From: a virus
IMG/VR virus record: IMGVR_UViG_3300043410_001242
Length of the DNA: 64,000 nt
Direction: 5' to 3' (one strand)
A program made the translations under genes and the position numbers. Below are positions 47,401 through 57,444 of the stretch, piece after piece; within the stretch, counting starts at the first letter, position 1, and each line of letters starts with the position of its first letter. Below the pieces are notes generated by a model, which was not told the DNA's origin, ran no database searches, and was given only the letters and a program-made list of their open reading frames with translations.

Positions 47401-50400
47401 CATAAGAGATATACGATGAGAGACATTGCTGGATTAGAATACAGAATAAGCAATGTCGAATACTACACATCACTGTCTCTGTTAGAAAAGAATGCAGAAT
47501 CATTACAGATTTCGGACTCTTATGGACTGAACAGATTCAAGAATGGTATTCTTGTTGATGACTTCTCTGGATATTCCACATCTGATACCTATAGTGAAGA
47601 CTTCTTCTCTTCTATCAATAGAAGAACTAGACAGATGACTTGTGCTCAATTGGTAAACAATTATCCTCTGAGAAACTACAACCTGTTGCAGAATCTGGGT
47701 AACCTGTCACCATCAATTGCAGCTGCACTGAACTACACTATCAATAGAGATAATGAGGTTAATTACTACACATTACCATATACCTCTGCGAATCTGACTT
47801 CACAGAAAATTGCAAGTAGATCAGTAAATATTAACCCATTCTCATTCTCTTTGAGTGAAGGTGTGGCCTCATTGTCACCAAACATCGACAACTGGGTTGA
47901 CAATACAGCAGCACCATCATTATTAATTGTTGATCCTAATCTACAGGTATTCAGACAATCCAACACTGTAAACGTCTTGCAAGTAGGTGACTGGCAGACC
48001 ATTTCTTCTGTGACAGTACAAACAGGATCAACAACTTCTTCTTGGGGTGGACAGACTGTGGAAGAAAACCACAGAGGTGAGGACTGGGGATTCGGCATGA
48101 ACGTTGGTCGTGTTACCAACTGGGGAGGTTCATCAACCACATCATTCTTCCAAACGACCACACAGCAGTTACAAAACAACATTATGGGTTTCTACAACAA
48201 TATTGGAAACACATATTCGTTGAACAACGGTTACCTAACTGATATCAGTATTCTGCCATGGATGAGAGCTCAACAAATTGCTGTTAGAGTGAACAACCTG
48301 TTGCAAAATGCAACTCTGCATACATTCTTCGATGGCACCAATGTTGATGGTTATGTTAGAAAGGCCAACATTATCGAACTGACAAACGTATCAGGAACAT
48401 TTGTTGATAATGATGTTGTTGGATATATGAGTGCTTCCAATTTCGTTCCTACTGCTAGAATTCTTGGTGTCAAGAACTATGCAAACACCAACAGTGTTAG
48501 ATTGTATGTGGCGGGTGATCCTTTCACAACACAATATTCTAACACTGCAACTCTGGTTAGTGCTGTATTCAACACAAGTGGTTCTTACCAAAGTTCACCT
48601 GCAAGTGGTACAATATCTTCAACCAGTCACTACGGTGGTCGTGTACAGAGAGCAAACTCTTCAACACAATTACAACTTAGCAACCTAGCACCGGCAATAA
48701 GTGGTTACTATAATGGTAATACCATTTCATTCATGACTGGTTCAAGTGCAGGTAGAAGTGCAATAGTATCAGGATATGACGGCGCAACAAAAACAATTAC
48801 ACTGAACTCTGCATTGACTTTTGCCAACAATGATATTTACTCGATAGGTGACTTCCATAGTGACACCGACGGTAACTTCTATTGCATCTTTAACTTGCCA
48901 GCAAATGTCTTCCATTCAGGTGAAAGAGTATTCCGTGTTGACAATAGAATAGGAACAAACGCAAGCAGTTCCACAACCCATGCACAAGCAAGTTTCTATG
49001 CACAAGGTTTGGCATCAACTTCACAAGCATTAGACTTTGGTGCTTCTCCATCAGGTGCAAAGAACACATTCACACAAACAAACAACAGAACCCTTGTTTC
49101 AAACTTCTCACAAACATCAGAATCATCTTGGGCTGCATCAAACCCTTGGGATCCAGTTGCACAAACATTCATTATTGACGCTGTTAACTATCCTAACGGT
49201 GTATTCTTGAAGAGTTTGAAAATATTCTTTGCAACCAAACCATCTATTGATAACTCACCAATTACACTTTCAATAGTGGGAACTTTAAATGGTTATCCAA
49301 ATGGTGAAACACTGGACCACAGTATTGTAACTGTACCAAAAGATAAAGTGAAAACTTCTTCATCACCACACTATCTGGATCCAAATTCTTATACTGAATT
49401 TACATTTAATTCACCAGTTTATATTCAACCAAATACATTATATGCATTCATATTAAAGTCTGCATCAAATGAGTATACACTTTGGTCTGCATTTAATGGT
49501 GATAGTGCATTGGCATCTTCTGTTAGAAACCTTCCAACAGATCCTCTACCATCATCAATCACTAAGATCAATTCAGCACCATATGTTGGAAGTTTGTTCA
49601 AGTCACAAAATGCACAGACATGGACAACAGACCAGAATGAAAGTTTGATGTTCACGATTGAAAGATGTGTATTCGATATCACGAAGACGCCATCAATTAG
49701 ATTCGTTGTTCCCAAGATGCTTCCACAAAGAGCATTGATCGAACAGAGTATCGAATATGTACTGAACGCAAACAATGTTGTGGCTAACAACTCATCAACT
49801 TCAAATACAACAATGTATGTTGATGCATTTAATGTTACTACAACTGATTTCTTGCCTACTTCAACAACTATTCAGTATTCTTATTCATCTACATTGCCTA
49901 ACGGTACATCACCAGGTACAATCAGTATCAATCCTGGTAAACTTGCAGCGTCAATGCCAGAGAACATACATCTGGATGATGGAAATGGTAGAAGAATATT
50001 GGATGCAAACACTGATTCATCATTCTCTGTGTATGCACAACTTCTTTCTGTAAGTAACACAGTAAGTCCTGTACTTTCTGACGCTGGTCTTACAGTATAT
50101 GCAATTGAACATAAGATCAATAACTGTGAATTGTCCAATACTCTAATCACTGTTGCTAATACAGGTTCAGGTTACAATGCAAACACAACACTTGTAACAG
50201 TATCTGCACCAACAGGTAAGAATGGTGTACAAGCATATGCTGTTGCTAATGTTGCAAATGGTACAATTCAATCAGTATACATCACATACCCAGGTTCTGG
50301 TTATATTGAGACACCAAGTATAACAATTCTTGACGCAAATACAACTCCAGGAACAGGCGCTAATGTAATCATTTCAGGTGAAACATCCACCTCTGGTGGT

Positions 50401-50829
50401 CCTGCACTATCTAAGTATGTTACAAAGAGAGTAACACTTGATGCGGGATATGATTCAGGTGACTTGAATGTATACATGACCGCATACAGACCAGTCGGAA
50501 CAGATATTCAAGTATATTACAAGATACTGAATAGAAATGACACAACCAACTTCTCTGATGTTAATTGGAATCTGATGACTAAGATCAGAAACAGTGATGG
50601 TCTATACGCACAAGCTAGAGGCGACTTCTATGAATATGTGTTTGCACCTGGTATAAATGGTTCTGCAAACGGATATGTTTCATACACAACAACATCTGGG
50701 TTGTCATATACATCATTTAGTCAGTTTGCAATAAAGGTCGTGTTGACAACTAGTGACAAGACCAATATTCCTATTGTACAAGACATTAGATGTATAGCAC
50801 TTCCACAAAACGCAACTACAATATTCTAA
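44470..50829 (+). CDS. large virion structural protein (DUF4815/VrlC-like)
   Basis: NVDPYYDDFD, ILFKPG..VQARELTQ.Q, APGADR, KRYTMRDI, RFKNG..VDDF, DPVAQTF. Confidence 0.85.
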   Translation: MALNFNVDPYYDDFDASKNFHRILFKPGVAVQARELTQSQSILQDQITKFADNIFKQNSPVTGGQVTTNFSCYYIKLKSTYNEISFDVTDFDGLLVQNSTGSVRARVLATSPSTGDGGDPPTLVVSYLTQGRFVDNDIIYDTNSNLAAQAVETESTGLSSTASISRGVFYTLGNFVQVNESTVILSKYDNTPTLRVGLTITESNVDYIDDPSLLDPAIGESNYQAPGADRYLISLKLDSRPIQFGDDADFIELVRIEEGSVYKMVDGSVYATIDDYFAKRDYETNGDYVVNDFKLTPKTDTANSQNYIMSVGKGLAYVHGYRVENPAPIDITSPRARTQESQNNNPVYINYGNYLYVNNVRGNTSFYDVTTSESVDIHCVPYEHISTSTQTAYNSTVIGVARIRNFEFDTSLGSYSNTASYIYKAYIHDVQTYSLSANVVSATSNSVVLATNSSSANGAYVGVNITISKGTNAGDYRYITSYDAVTRTATLNQNWTVVPDSTSVYILDFDIKDAESVVTATKTSTPYLLQSRSNIATSGKTGNVASGDTILENPLVPELIFNVGNQYVSSITDTSYTTTQEFRNIAFTSTGVGSISAQLNYEGEYLNIIRHLGTPGTTLSNDLVRQNYTIVCVNKGSNSTINVGDVIPWTTPNRSVTLDDDASIATFTSNDLSPFTATVIAKVFVENGNDTSHILKIKNYIKANGATIVTNGTQVNVNTYVDDTPLTSSGQVYIKQAGLVDPGRKQSLYLSDVKEVVRIIDTLSVDNLPTVEMVNSPLYDITNNYIFNNGQTDTFYDHAYLTLRPGASQPKGNILVFVNYYQHSGGDGYFSKLSYIDNATLNDDYKNLPVYRSTSGKAYNLRDCIDFRPSRTNATTDFVLRTSNPGDTTKKGTYIPSDTTVFTCDYAYYLGRKDKLILTKDRSIQIIEGSPSLTPVPPAEPDASLVIAILTHNPYTGYLPSETSPRGLPDLSVDKVQHKRYTMRDIAGLEYRISNVEYYTSLSLLEKNAESLQISDSYGLNRFKNGILVDDFSGYSTSDTYSEDFFSSINRRTRQMTCAQLVNNYPLRNYNLLQNLGNLSPSIAAALNYTINRDNEVNYYTLPYTSANLTSQKIASRSVNINPFSFSLSEGVASLSPNIDNWVDNTAAPSLLIVDPNLQVFRQSNTVNVLQVGDWQTISSVTVQTGSTTSSWGGQTVEENHRGEDWGFGMNVGRVTNWGGSSTTSFFQTTTQQLQNNIMGFYNNIGNTYSLNNGYLTDISILPWMRAQQIAVRVNNLLQNATLHTFFDGTNVDGYVRKANIIELTNVSGTFVDNDVVGYMSASNFVPTARILGVKNYANTNSVRLYVAGDPFTTQYSNTATLVSAVFNTSGSYQSSPASGTISSTSHYGGRVQRANSSTQLQLSNLAPAISGYYNGNTISFMTGSSAGRSAIVSGYDGATKTITLNSALTFANNDIYSIGDFHSDTDGNFYCIFNLPANVFHSGERVFRVDNRIGTNASSSTTHAQASFYAQGLASTSQALDFGASPSGAKNTFTQTNNRTLVSNFSQTSESSWAASNPWDPVAQTFIIDAVNYPNGVFLKSLKIFFATKPSIDNSPITLSIVGTLNGYPNGETLDHSIVTVPKDKVKTSSSPHYLDPNSYTEFTFNSPVYIQPNTLYAFILKSASNEYTLWSAFNGDSALASSVRNLPTDPLPSSITKINSAPYVGSLFKSQNAQTWTTDQNESLMFTIERCVFDITKTPSIRFVVPKMLPQRALIEQSIEYVLNANNVVANNSSTSNTTMYVDAFNVTTTDFLPTSTTIQYSYSSTLPNGTSPGTISINPGKLAASMPENIHLDDGNGRRILDANTDSSFSVYAQLLSVSNTVSPVLSDAGLTVYAIEHKINNCELSNTLITVANTGSGYNANTTLVTVSAPTGKNGVQAYAVANVANGTIQSVYITYPGSGYIETPSITILDANTTPGTGANVIISGETSTSGGPALSKYVTKRVTLDAGYDSGDLNVYMTAYRPVGTDIQVYYKILNRNDTTNFSDVNWNLMTKIRNSDGLYAQARGDFYEYVFAPGINGSANGYVSYTTTSGLSYTSFSQFAIKVVLTTSDKTNIPIVQDIRCIALPQNATTIF

Positions 50830-50832
50830 AAC

Positions 50833-51066
50833 ATGGCATTATTGAAAGTAAGAGACAATATACACCTAGTAAGAGATTCTGAAACAGGGGCACTGATTAA
50901 CAAAAATCATAGTGCCCTACAGGAATATATTGAGAAAAGGAAGTTCCTTGAATCTCAGAAACACGAACTAAATAAAGTAAAGTCTGATATAGAAGATTTA
51001 AAAGATGATCTAGGTGAAATTAAAGCTTTAATGTACAAACTACTGGATAAGAATTCTCATGGCTAA
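50833..51066 (+). CDS. small coiled-coil virion-associated protein
   Basis: LVRDSETGALIN...EIKALM; typical neighbour of the preceding gene. Confidence 0.7.
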   Translation: MALLKVRDNIHLVRDSETGALINKNHSALQEYIEKRKFLESQKHELNKVKSDIEDLKDDLGEIKALMYKLLDKNSHG

Positions 51067-53422
51067 TACAGTTTCCCAAATCAGTTATAATAATACTTTC
51101 GGCGACTGGGTAGTTGCAACAAATTCATTGATACGAGAAAACAATGATTTTGCCGCAAACAACTTTGTTAAACCTACGGGAACTCTTTTTCTAAATGAAC
51201 CCACTCTCGGTTTACAGGTAGCAAACAATGCAATCGTTGCAGGTCAATTACAGGTAACAGGTGTAGGTTCTTCTGCTCTAGTACAAAACAACCTTCGCGT
51301 TGACAGACAAGTATATTTCACAAATACCACATTAGGTTTGGTCAACTCAGGCCAAGCAAATATTGGTGGTATATTGATGGCACTTGGTTCAGGTACAAGT
51401 CTTTACGCCGCAAACTCGGTGCATATCAGTGGCACCACCAGAATGAACAGTACTGTGATTATCACAGGTAATACAAACATATCAAATACTGTTTACATCT
51501 CAGGTACAACAAATATTTCCAATACTGTCTATGTAACAGGAAGTGGAAGTATGACTGGTTCACTTGTAATCGGTGGTTCAGCAGCCGCTATTGGTGCTAT
51601 ACAGGCCAACTTCCTAAAAGGAAATACTGGTGTAGATACTACCACCATGACATCCAATATCATTAGAAATACTGGTATTGCATACACAGACACATTACAA
51701 GCAAACAACCTTGTAACAACAGCCAACTTAATTGTTACTGGCGCAAGTTACTTTGACGTTATCAACGCAAATACTGCATTTGTTGGTCCTAAAATATCCA
51801 TTTCAAGTCTGTTTGATGCCAATTCTGCGGCAGCATTCTTCGGTTCTGTAAAGACAAACAGTGATTTGGTTGTTGGCGGCAACTTTGTAATTAACGGAAC
51901 AACCGTATACAACTCCAATACTCTGATTATCAGTTCAAATCTTCCAAATCAAAACTGTTTGTTTGGAACATTCAGAACAGCACAAACCGGAAATTCATAC
52001 ATCAAATGGAATGAAACCAACAAGTATTGGGAAACAAATGACGTTTTCACTGGTACATACTATAGGTTGTTAACAGACCAGTATGCCAATAACTCACTAA
52101 CAAATTCAAGTTCTTCGAATGTTGCCACATCTTTCGTGGCCAATACAATATACACCTATTCACAAGCAGCATTTGCTCTAGCTAACACAACAGCATCAAC
52201 ACTGTCTGCTAATACTTCTACACTAAGCAACTCAATAAGTGTAATTCAAGGTGTTGATCTTACACAGAACACCAATATAACCAATCTAACAAATTGGTTG
52301 AGTTCTAATGTGTCTTATACACAAGCAATCAACAATGCACAGAACTCAGCAATAACAATTATACAGGGTGTTGATAACACACAGAATACAGTCATCAACA
52401 ACCTATCAAACTCTCTGACATCAAATGTTACATATCTGAATGGTATTGCAAATACACAAAATAGTACAATAACGTCTGTAAACAATTATGCACAGTCCGC
52501 GTTCGACAGAGCAAATAATGCGTCAGCCGCATTAACATTTAATGGTTCTACTGGTTCTGCAAATGCAAATGCCGCAGGTTACCTGGTTATAACTGGCAAT
52601 ACTGGTGTATCTGTAGTAGGTTCTTCAAATATATTGACGATTAACCTGCCACAAGACCTTAGACAATCAGCAAATCCTTCGTTCACCACTATAACATCAT
52701 CTGTTGCTAATGGTACTGCACCATTCTCCGTAACTTCGTCTACGATGGTTAATAACCTAAACGCACAGTATATTGGTGGTCAACCATTATCATACTTCGG
52801 TGATGCTGCAAACCTATCAGGAACCATACCTTCAGCAGTTCTAGGAAATTCAGCACTGTTTGTTGGTACTTCATCAATATCATTAAACAGAACTAGTGGC
52901 ACACAGACACTAACGGGAGTTAGTATTGATGGTTCTGCCGGTTCAGTTATGGCAAATACCATAACAGGAACAACATTATCAAGTAGTGTTGCAAACTCAT
53001 CCATAACTTCACTGGGCACATTAACAGCATTAAATGTTAATGGTGCAATGTCACTTACTGGTAACCCAGCAATAACAGGACAAGCTAGTGCGACAAAGGG
53101 ATATAGAGAAGGTGTGGTTGCAGTAGGTACTGTTTCAAGTCCAACAAACTTAGACTTGTCTCTAGGTAATGTATTCACTCTAACTCTGGCTGCAAGCACA
53201 ACACTTACATTCACTAATGTTCCTTCTTCTGGTTCAGTGTGTTATGTAACTCTTGTTATTACACAAGACGGAACAGGAAGTAGAAATCCATCATTCTCAC
53301 CAACACCCAGATGGACAGACAGTTCTGCACCTACGTTATCCGGCGCAAATAAAATAGATGTATTGACTTTCTTGTGTGTTGCAGGAAGTTTCTACGGTTC
53401 TTATGCAATGGCAAATATGTAA
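51059..53422 (+). CDS. tail fibre protein
   Basis: NTFGDW...TN N-terminus, QNT coiled-coil repeats, C-terminal LDLSLGNVF...TQDGTGSR domain. Confidence 0.75.
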   Translation: MANTVSQISYNNTFGDWVVATNSLIRENNDFAANNFVKPTGTLFLNEPTLGLQVANNAIVAGQLQVTGVGSSALVQNNLRVDRQVYFTNTTLGLVNSGQANIGGILMALGSGTSLYAANSVHISGTTRMNSTVIITGNTNISNTVYISGTTNISNTVYVTGSGSMTGSLVIGGSAAAIGAIQANFLKGNTGVDTTTMTSNIIRNTGIAYTDTLQANNLVTTANLIVTGASYFDVINANTAFVGPKISISSLFDANSAAAFFGSVKTNSDLVVGGNFVINGTTVYNSNTLIISSNLPNQNCLFGTFRTAQTGNSYIKWNETNKYWETNDVFTGTYYRLLTDQYANNSLTNSSSSNVATSFVANTIYTYSQAAFALANTTASTLSANTSTLSNSISVIQGVDLTQNTNITNLTNWLSSNVSYTQAINNAQNSAITIIQGVDNTQNTVINNLSNSLTSNVTYLNGIANTQNSTITSVNNYAQSAFDRANNASAALTFNGSTGSANANAAGYLVITGNTGVSVVGSSNILTINLPQDLRQSANPSFTTITSSVANGTAPFSVTSSTMVNNLNAQYIGGQPLSYFGDAANLSGTIPSAVLGNSALFVGTSSISLNRTSGTQTLTGVSIDGSAGSVMANTITGTTLSSSVANSSITSLGTLTALNVNGAMSLTGNPAITGQASATKGYREGVVAVGTVSSPTNLDLSLGNVFTLTLAASTTLTFTNVPSSGSVCYVTLVITQDGTGSRNPSFSPTPRWTDSSAPTLSGANKIDVLTFLCVAGSFYGSYAMANM

Positions 53423-53439
53423 TTAAACTTATAGTAATT

Positions 53440-55047
53440 ATGAAAAATGAAATTGAGTCTATTATCATCGTTGGAGGTGGCAGTTCTGGTTGGATGACCG
53501 CAGCTGCCATTATCAAAAACCTACCAAATATAAAGTTAACCCTAATAGAATCTCCAAACATACCAATCATCGGTGTGGGTGAAAGTACCTTAGGACACAT
53601 TAATGAATATATGCATTTTATCGGTCTCAAAGACGAAGACTGGATGAAACACTGTAATGCAACATATAAAACATCGATAAAGTTCACCGACTTTGCTAAC
53701 AACCCACAAGAAAAACCCACATCATTTCATTATCCATTTGGTTGTTTTGATTTCACAGATAAACCCACTGGAATAATGGATTGGTTTATATACAAAGCCA
53801 AGAATCCAGACACACCCAACAGCAACTTTGCTGAATTCTATCATGACGCTGTTTTTATGATAGATGAAAACAAATTGACAAAAAATGAAAATGGTTGTAT
53901 AAGAAATTTCATTTTCAATAGGGATACCGCATACCATATGGATGCCTCACTCTTTGGAAATTATCTAAGAGATCATATCTGTAAACCAAATAATATCAGA
54001 CACATACTATCTAATGTGAAGGACATCAAACTGGACAAAGAGGGTGCAGTGACATCCGTTGTTACTGACTCGGGTGAATATGATGCGGACCTGTATATTG
54101 ATTGTACTGGATTTAAATCTCTGATATTAGATCAGAAAATGAAAGTGCCTTTCATGTCGTTCCATGATACACTAATGAATGACAGAGCAATTGCAACTAT
54201 TATTGACTATGTTGATAAAGAAAAGGAAATGGAATCAGTTACAAACTGCACTGCTATTGAGTGTGGTTGGGTGTGGAACATTCCATTATGGAACAGAATA
54301 GGAACTGGTTACGTTTATTCAAGTGAATTCGCAACCGAAGAACAAGCATTAGAACAATTTAAGAGACACCTAAAGTCAAACAGAATGATATGTCAAGATG
54401 ATGATAGGGTTGAAAAGGCCGAATACAGACATATCAAGATAAGGCATGGTGTACATGAACAATCTTGGGTAAAAAATGTTGTTGGTATAGGACTGTCAAA
54501 TGGATTTATCGAACCATTAGAATCAACAGGCCTTATGTTGACACATGAAGCAATTTTAAAAATGGTGAACATACTTAAAACTCGGAATTGTGTAGTCACA
54601 AAATTTGATGTGGATGGTTACAACTTCAATCTTAGACAACAAATTCTAGGATTTAAAGAATTCATCTCTTTACATTATGCATTAAGTGCCAGAAGAGATA
54701 CTCCATATTGGAAAAAAGTATCTCAACAAATAACATATTGTCCTTCGATGTTGGATAAAGAGACTGGATCAAATCAGTATGCGAATGTGTCCAATTTCGG
54801 AATATCAAAAAGAGAATTCAATTCAGATATGGGTGGAATACCATATATTGCAGCAGGAATGGGTTTAAATCCAGTGGATGATCGTAGAGTAGATTTTATA
54901 AATAGGTTACAAGATTCCAATGCTGATGAATATTTTTGGGCAAGGACGAGAGATGTGTGGGAACTTCACGTTAGAGATTTGAAAAGGATATTAAAGAGGT
55001 TGCCAACACACTATAAATATCTTTTAGATAATATTTACAACAAGTAA
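53440..55047 (+). CDS. flavin-dependent (tryptophan-type) halogenase
   Basis: VGGGSSG, GVGEST, ATYK (catalytic Lys position), AYHMDA, IDCTGF, GWVWNIPL, GFIEPLESTG; ATG 53440 preferred. Confidence 0.9.
   Translation: MKNEIESIIIVGGGSSGWMTAAAIIKNLPNIKLTLIESPNIPIIGVGESTLGHINEYMHFIGLKDEDWMKHCNATYKTSIKFTDFANNPQEKPTSFHYPFGCFDFTDKPTGIMDWFIYKAKNPDTPNSNFAEFYHDAVFMIDENKLTKNENGCIRNFIFNRDTAYHMDASLFGNYLRDHICKPNNIRHILSNVKDIKLDKEGAVTSVVTDSGEYDADLYIDCTGFKSLILDQKMKVPFMSFHDTLMNDRAIATIIDYVDKEKEMESVTNCTAIECGWVWNIPLWNRIGTGYVYSSEFATEEQALEQFKRHLKSNRMICQDDDRVEKAEYRHIKIRHGVHEQSWVKNVVGIGLSNGFIEPLESTGLMLTHEAILKMVNILKTRNCVVTKFDVDGYNFNLRQQILGFKEFISLHYALSARRDTPYWKKVSQQITYCPSMLDKETGSNQYANVSNFGISKREFNSDMGGIPYIAAGMGLNPVDDRRVDFINRLQDSNADEYFWARTRDVWELHVRDLKRILKRLPTHYKYLLDNIYNK
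55012..55019 (+). promoter_or_regulatory. T4-type late promoter for the downstream cassette
   Basis: TATAAATA inside the halogenase 3' end. Confidence 0.5.
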
Positions 55048-55076
55048 TCTCTGTTATAAACAATAGGGCAATAAAA

Positions 55077-55379
55077 ATGTTAAGAAGAATAACTGTGTTT
55101 CACAGATGTGATAGAGATCCTAAGGGACTTTTCAGAATCAAAAATGCATGTATGAGAAAACTGGATGATCCAGTTGAACTACCTCAGTATAGAGGTGATG
55201 TTGCTTGGACCGAATTTCTCAGAGTTTTCTGTGAAGTACACAGAAAAACAATCATAGAAAGTGGACTAGTTATTACACCAGAAGATACTGATTTTGTGGC
55301 TTTATACAAAGATCCTTTAACAGGCAAAGATATCATTATTTCCGATCTTGAATCAATCATCAATCTTATCAAAGAGTAA
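55077..55379 (+). CDS. hypothetical protein
   Basis: 100-aa ORF between halogenase and Gly-rich gene. Confidence 0.6.
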   Translation: MLRRITVFHRCDRDPKGLFRIKNACMRKLDDPVELPQYRGDVAWTEFLRVFCEVHRKTIIESGLVITPEDTDFVALYKDPLTGKDIIISDLESIINLIKE

Positions 55380-55382
55380 AAC

Positions 55383-56489
55383 ATGCCAGGTTCAATACTT
55401 TTCAGACAATTATCTCCAGCTGGGTCAATTTCAGCATCATCGGGACAATCTGGAAATGTAACAATACCTTTTGGTGTTAGAAAGATCAATGTCTCTTTGG
55501 CCGGCGGTTCTGGAAATCCAGGAAATCCAGGAAATTCTGGAGGAAATGGTAGCGGCGGATCGGCCGGCAACTCAGGCAACCACTCAGGAACAGGAGGCCA
55601 AGGTGGCGGTGGTGGCGGAGGCGGTGGTGGTGGATCACAATCTCACGTTGGTGTTTGCCCAGGGTATTCTTGGCCAGGACCACTACCATTCGACTCAGGT
55701 TCGGGGTATAATGGAAGTCCGGGCCAATCAGGACATGCAATACAAGGCGCTGGTGGTGGTGCTGGTGGTGCTGGTGGCCACGGAGGCAGATATAATGGCA
55801 GTTGGGGTGGTGACGGACAATCAGGACAATCCGGCGCTCACGGACAAAACGGGTTTGGCGCTGGTTCAGGAAACTCTGGACATGGTGGAAACCCAGGAAA
55901 CCCAGGCAGTTCAGGTGGTTCATCCAGTTTTTACATACATTCCGCCTCAGCAGGAAATGGTGGCACAGGAGGATCAGGAGGATCCTCCGGTAATCCTGGA
56001 AATCCAGGAGTACATGGTTATGGAAATGCCGGAGGAAACTCTGGAAGGGGATTAGGCGGATCACACGGTTATAATGGTGATAATGGTGTATATTGGCCAC
56101 ACGGTCCATCAAACGGAAGAACATTCTTTTTAAGTGGAACACCAGGACATTCCGGACATTCCGGTTTAGGCAATCACGGAAATGTGGGTGGCGGTCCTGT
56201 TGGTCACGGTTATCCAACAGGAGTAGGTGGTTCTATTCCCGGATGGTATGCATCCTCTAGAGGAGGAAATGGTGGTGGCGGAGGTGGCGCAGGGTCAAAT
56301 AACGGATCAGGCGGAAATGGTGGCCACGGAGGAAATTCTGGACATGGGGCTTCAGGAGGAAACGCAGGAAACCCAGGAAACGCAGGTTCATCATCATCAC
56401 ACAATTCAGTAGTAGTACCAAGTCGATCATCCCAATCATATTCAGTTGGTTCGGGTGGTTCATTAACAATTAGTTGGAGCAGACAATAA
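55383..56489 (+). CDS. glycine-rich (polyglycine-II-type) fibre-tip/adhesin-like protein
   Basis: GNPGNPG/GGxGG repeats framed by TIPFGVRKINV and YSVGSGGSLTISW. Confidence 0.75.
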   Translation: MPGSILFRQLSPAGSISASSGQSGNVTIPFGVRKINVSLAGGSGNPGNPGNSGGNGSGGSAGNSGNHSGTGGQGGGGGGGGGGGSQSHVGVCPGYSWPGPLPFDSGSGYNGSPGQSGHAIQGAGGGAGGAGGHGGRYNGSWGGDGQSGQSGAHGQNGFGAGSGNSGHGGNPGNPGSSGGSSSFYIHSASAGNGGTGGSGGSSGNPGNPGVHGYGNAGGNSGRGLGGSHGYNGDNGVYWPHGPSNGRTFFLSGTPGHSGHSGLGNHGNVGGGPVGHGYPTGVGGSIPGWYASSRGGNGGGGGGAGSNNGSGGNGGHGGNSGHGASGGNAGNPGNAGSSSSHNSVVVPSRSSQSYSVGSGGSLTISWSRQ

Positions 56490-56827
56490 TGATCGAAACT
56501 TTCGATTTCACCTACAAAATAACAACTGTAGATATCATGCATGGAACTCTGGAAATACAATTTACTCCAGATGATGATGATTTATCGCCAATCATGTTAA
56601 ATCAACCACTGTTGATTAAACCATATTTTGAAATCCTGGATGCAGAAGGAAAAGAAATTTATACATCACAAGATCAAGTTCCTATCGAAGAACATTTGAA
56701 ATACTCTGTTATTATGGGTGCACCATTCACACAATGGAGAAGACAACAACTGATGATTGATAATTTCAACTCTTTGGTTGAAGCAACAGGGCACATACAA
56801 GCAAATACTCTGAATATTTCTTTTTAA
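56489..56827 (+). CDS. hypothetical protein (possible fibre chaperone)
   Basis: TAATG coupling to the Gly-rich gene. Confidence 0.6.
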   Translation: MIETFDFTYKITTVDIMHGTLEIQFTPDDDDLSPIMLNQPLLIKPYFEILDAEGKEIYTSQDQVPIEEHLKYSVIMGAPFTQWRRQQLMIDNFNSLVEATGHIQANTLNISF

Positions 56828-56845
56828 TTGACTTGAGTTTATATT

Positions 56846-57442
56846 ATGTTATTGACTTCTGTAAAGATAAAGACGGACTTTTGTTATTGGGATGATTTAT
56901 TCTGTAGTGAAGAACTTGATGAAATAACGGATTACTGTAATTCACTGGTTCTATCTGAAGGAAAAATTGGATTGGAAGCTGGTGTTCTTTTTGAAAAGAC
57001 CAGAAAATCAAAAATAGGTTGGGTTATAAGAAATGATGACAACCACTGGTTTTTTAGGAAGATGGACAGCGCCATCAACAAATTAAACAATGAGTATTTT
57101 GGATTTGATATCTACTCCTTAGATAAAATGCAATATACCGTATACGATGGTCATGGTGAACACTACACATGGCACCACGACATGTTGATGGATTCCGAAA
57201 ACATGAATGATTTTGTTTCAGAATCTCAGAGAAAGTTATCTTGTGTACTACAGTTGTCTGATCCAAAAGAATATAATGGTGGTGACTTGGAACTTTTTGT
57301 TAATGGACAAAATGTTAACATGAAAAAGAAGAGAGGTTATATGTCTGTATTTCCGTCATTCGTGAATCACAGAGTAACTCCACTACAAAGTGGTTTAAGG
57401 AAAACATTGGTGGCTTGGTTTACTGGTCCTGATTGGAGGTAA
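56846..57442 (+). CDS. 2OG-Fe(II) oxygenase (PKHD/prolyl-hydroxylase-like)
   Basis: QYTVY, YTWHHD, RKLSCVLQLS, YNGGDL, FPSF..HRVTP, RKTLVAWFTGP. Confidence 0.9.
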   Translation: MLLTSVKIKTDFCYWDDLFCSEELDEITDYCNSLVLSEGKIGLEAGVLFEKTRKSKIGWVIRNDDNHWFFRKMDSAINKLNNEYFGFDIYSLDKMQYTVYDGHGEHYTWHHDMLMDSENMNDFVSESQRKLSCVLQLSDPKEYNGGDLELFVNGQNVNMKKKRGYMSVFPSFVNHRVTPLQSGLRKTLVAWFTGPDWR

Positions 57443-57444
57443 TA

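Noticed and set aside
55184-56560. Several long overlapping ORFs on both strands over the Gly-rich gene
   Set aside because: Shadow frames caused by GGN-rich, stop-poor sequence; no RBS or recognisable motifs.
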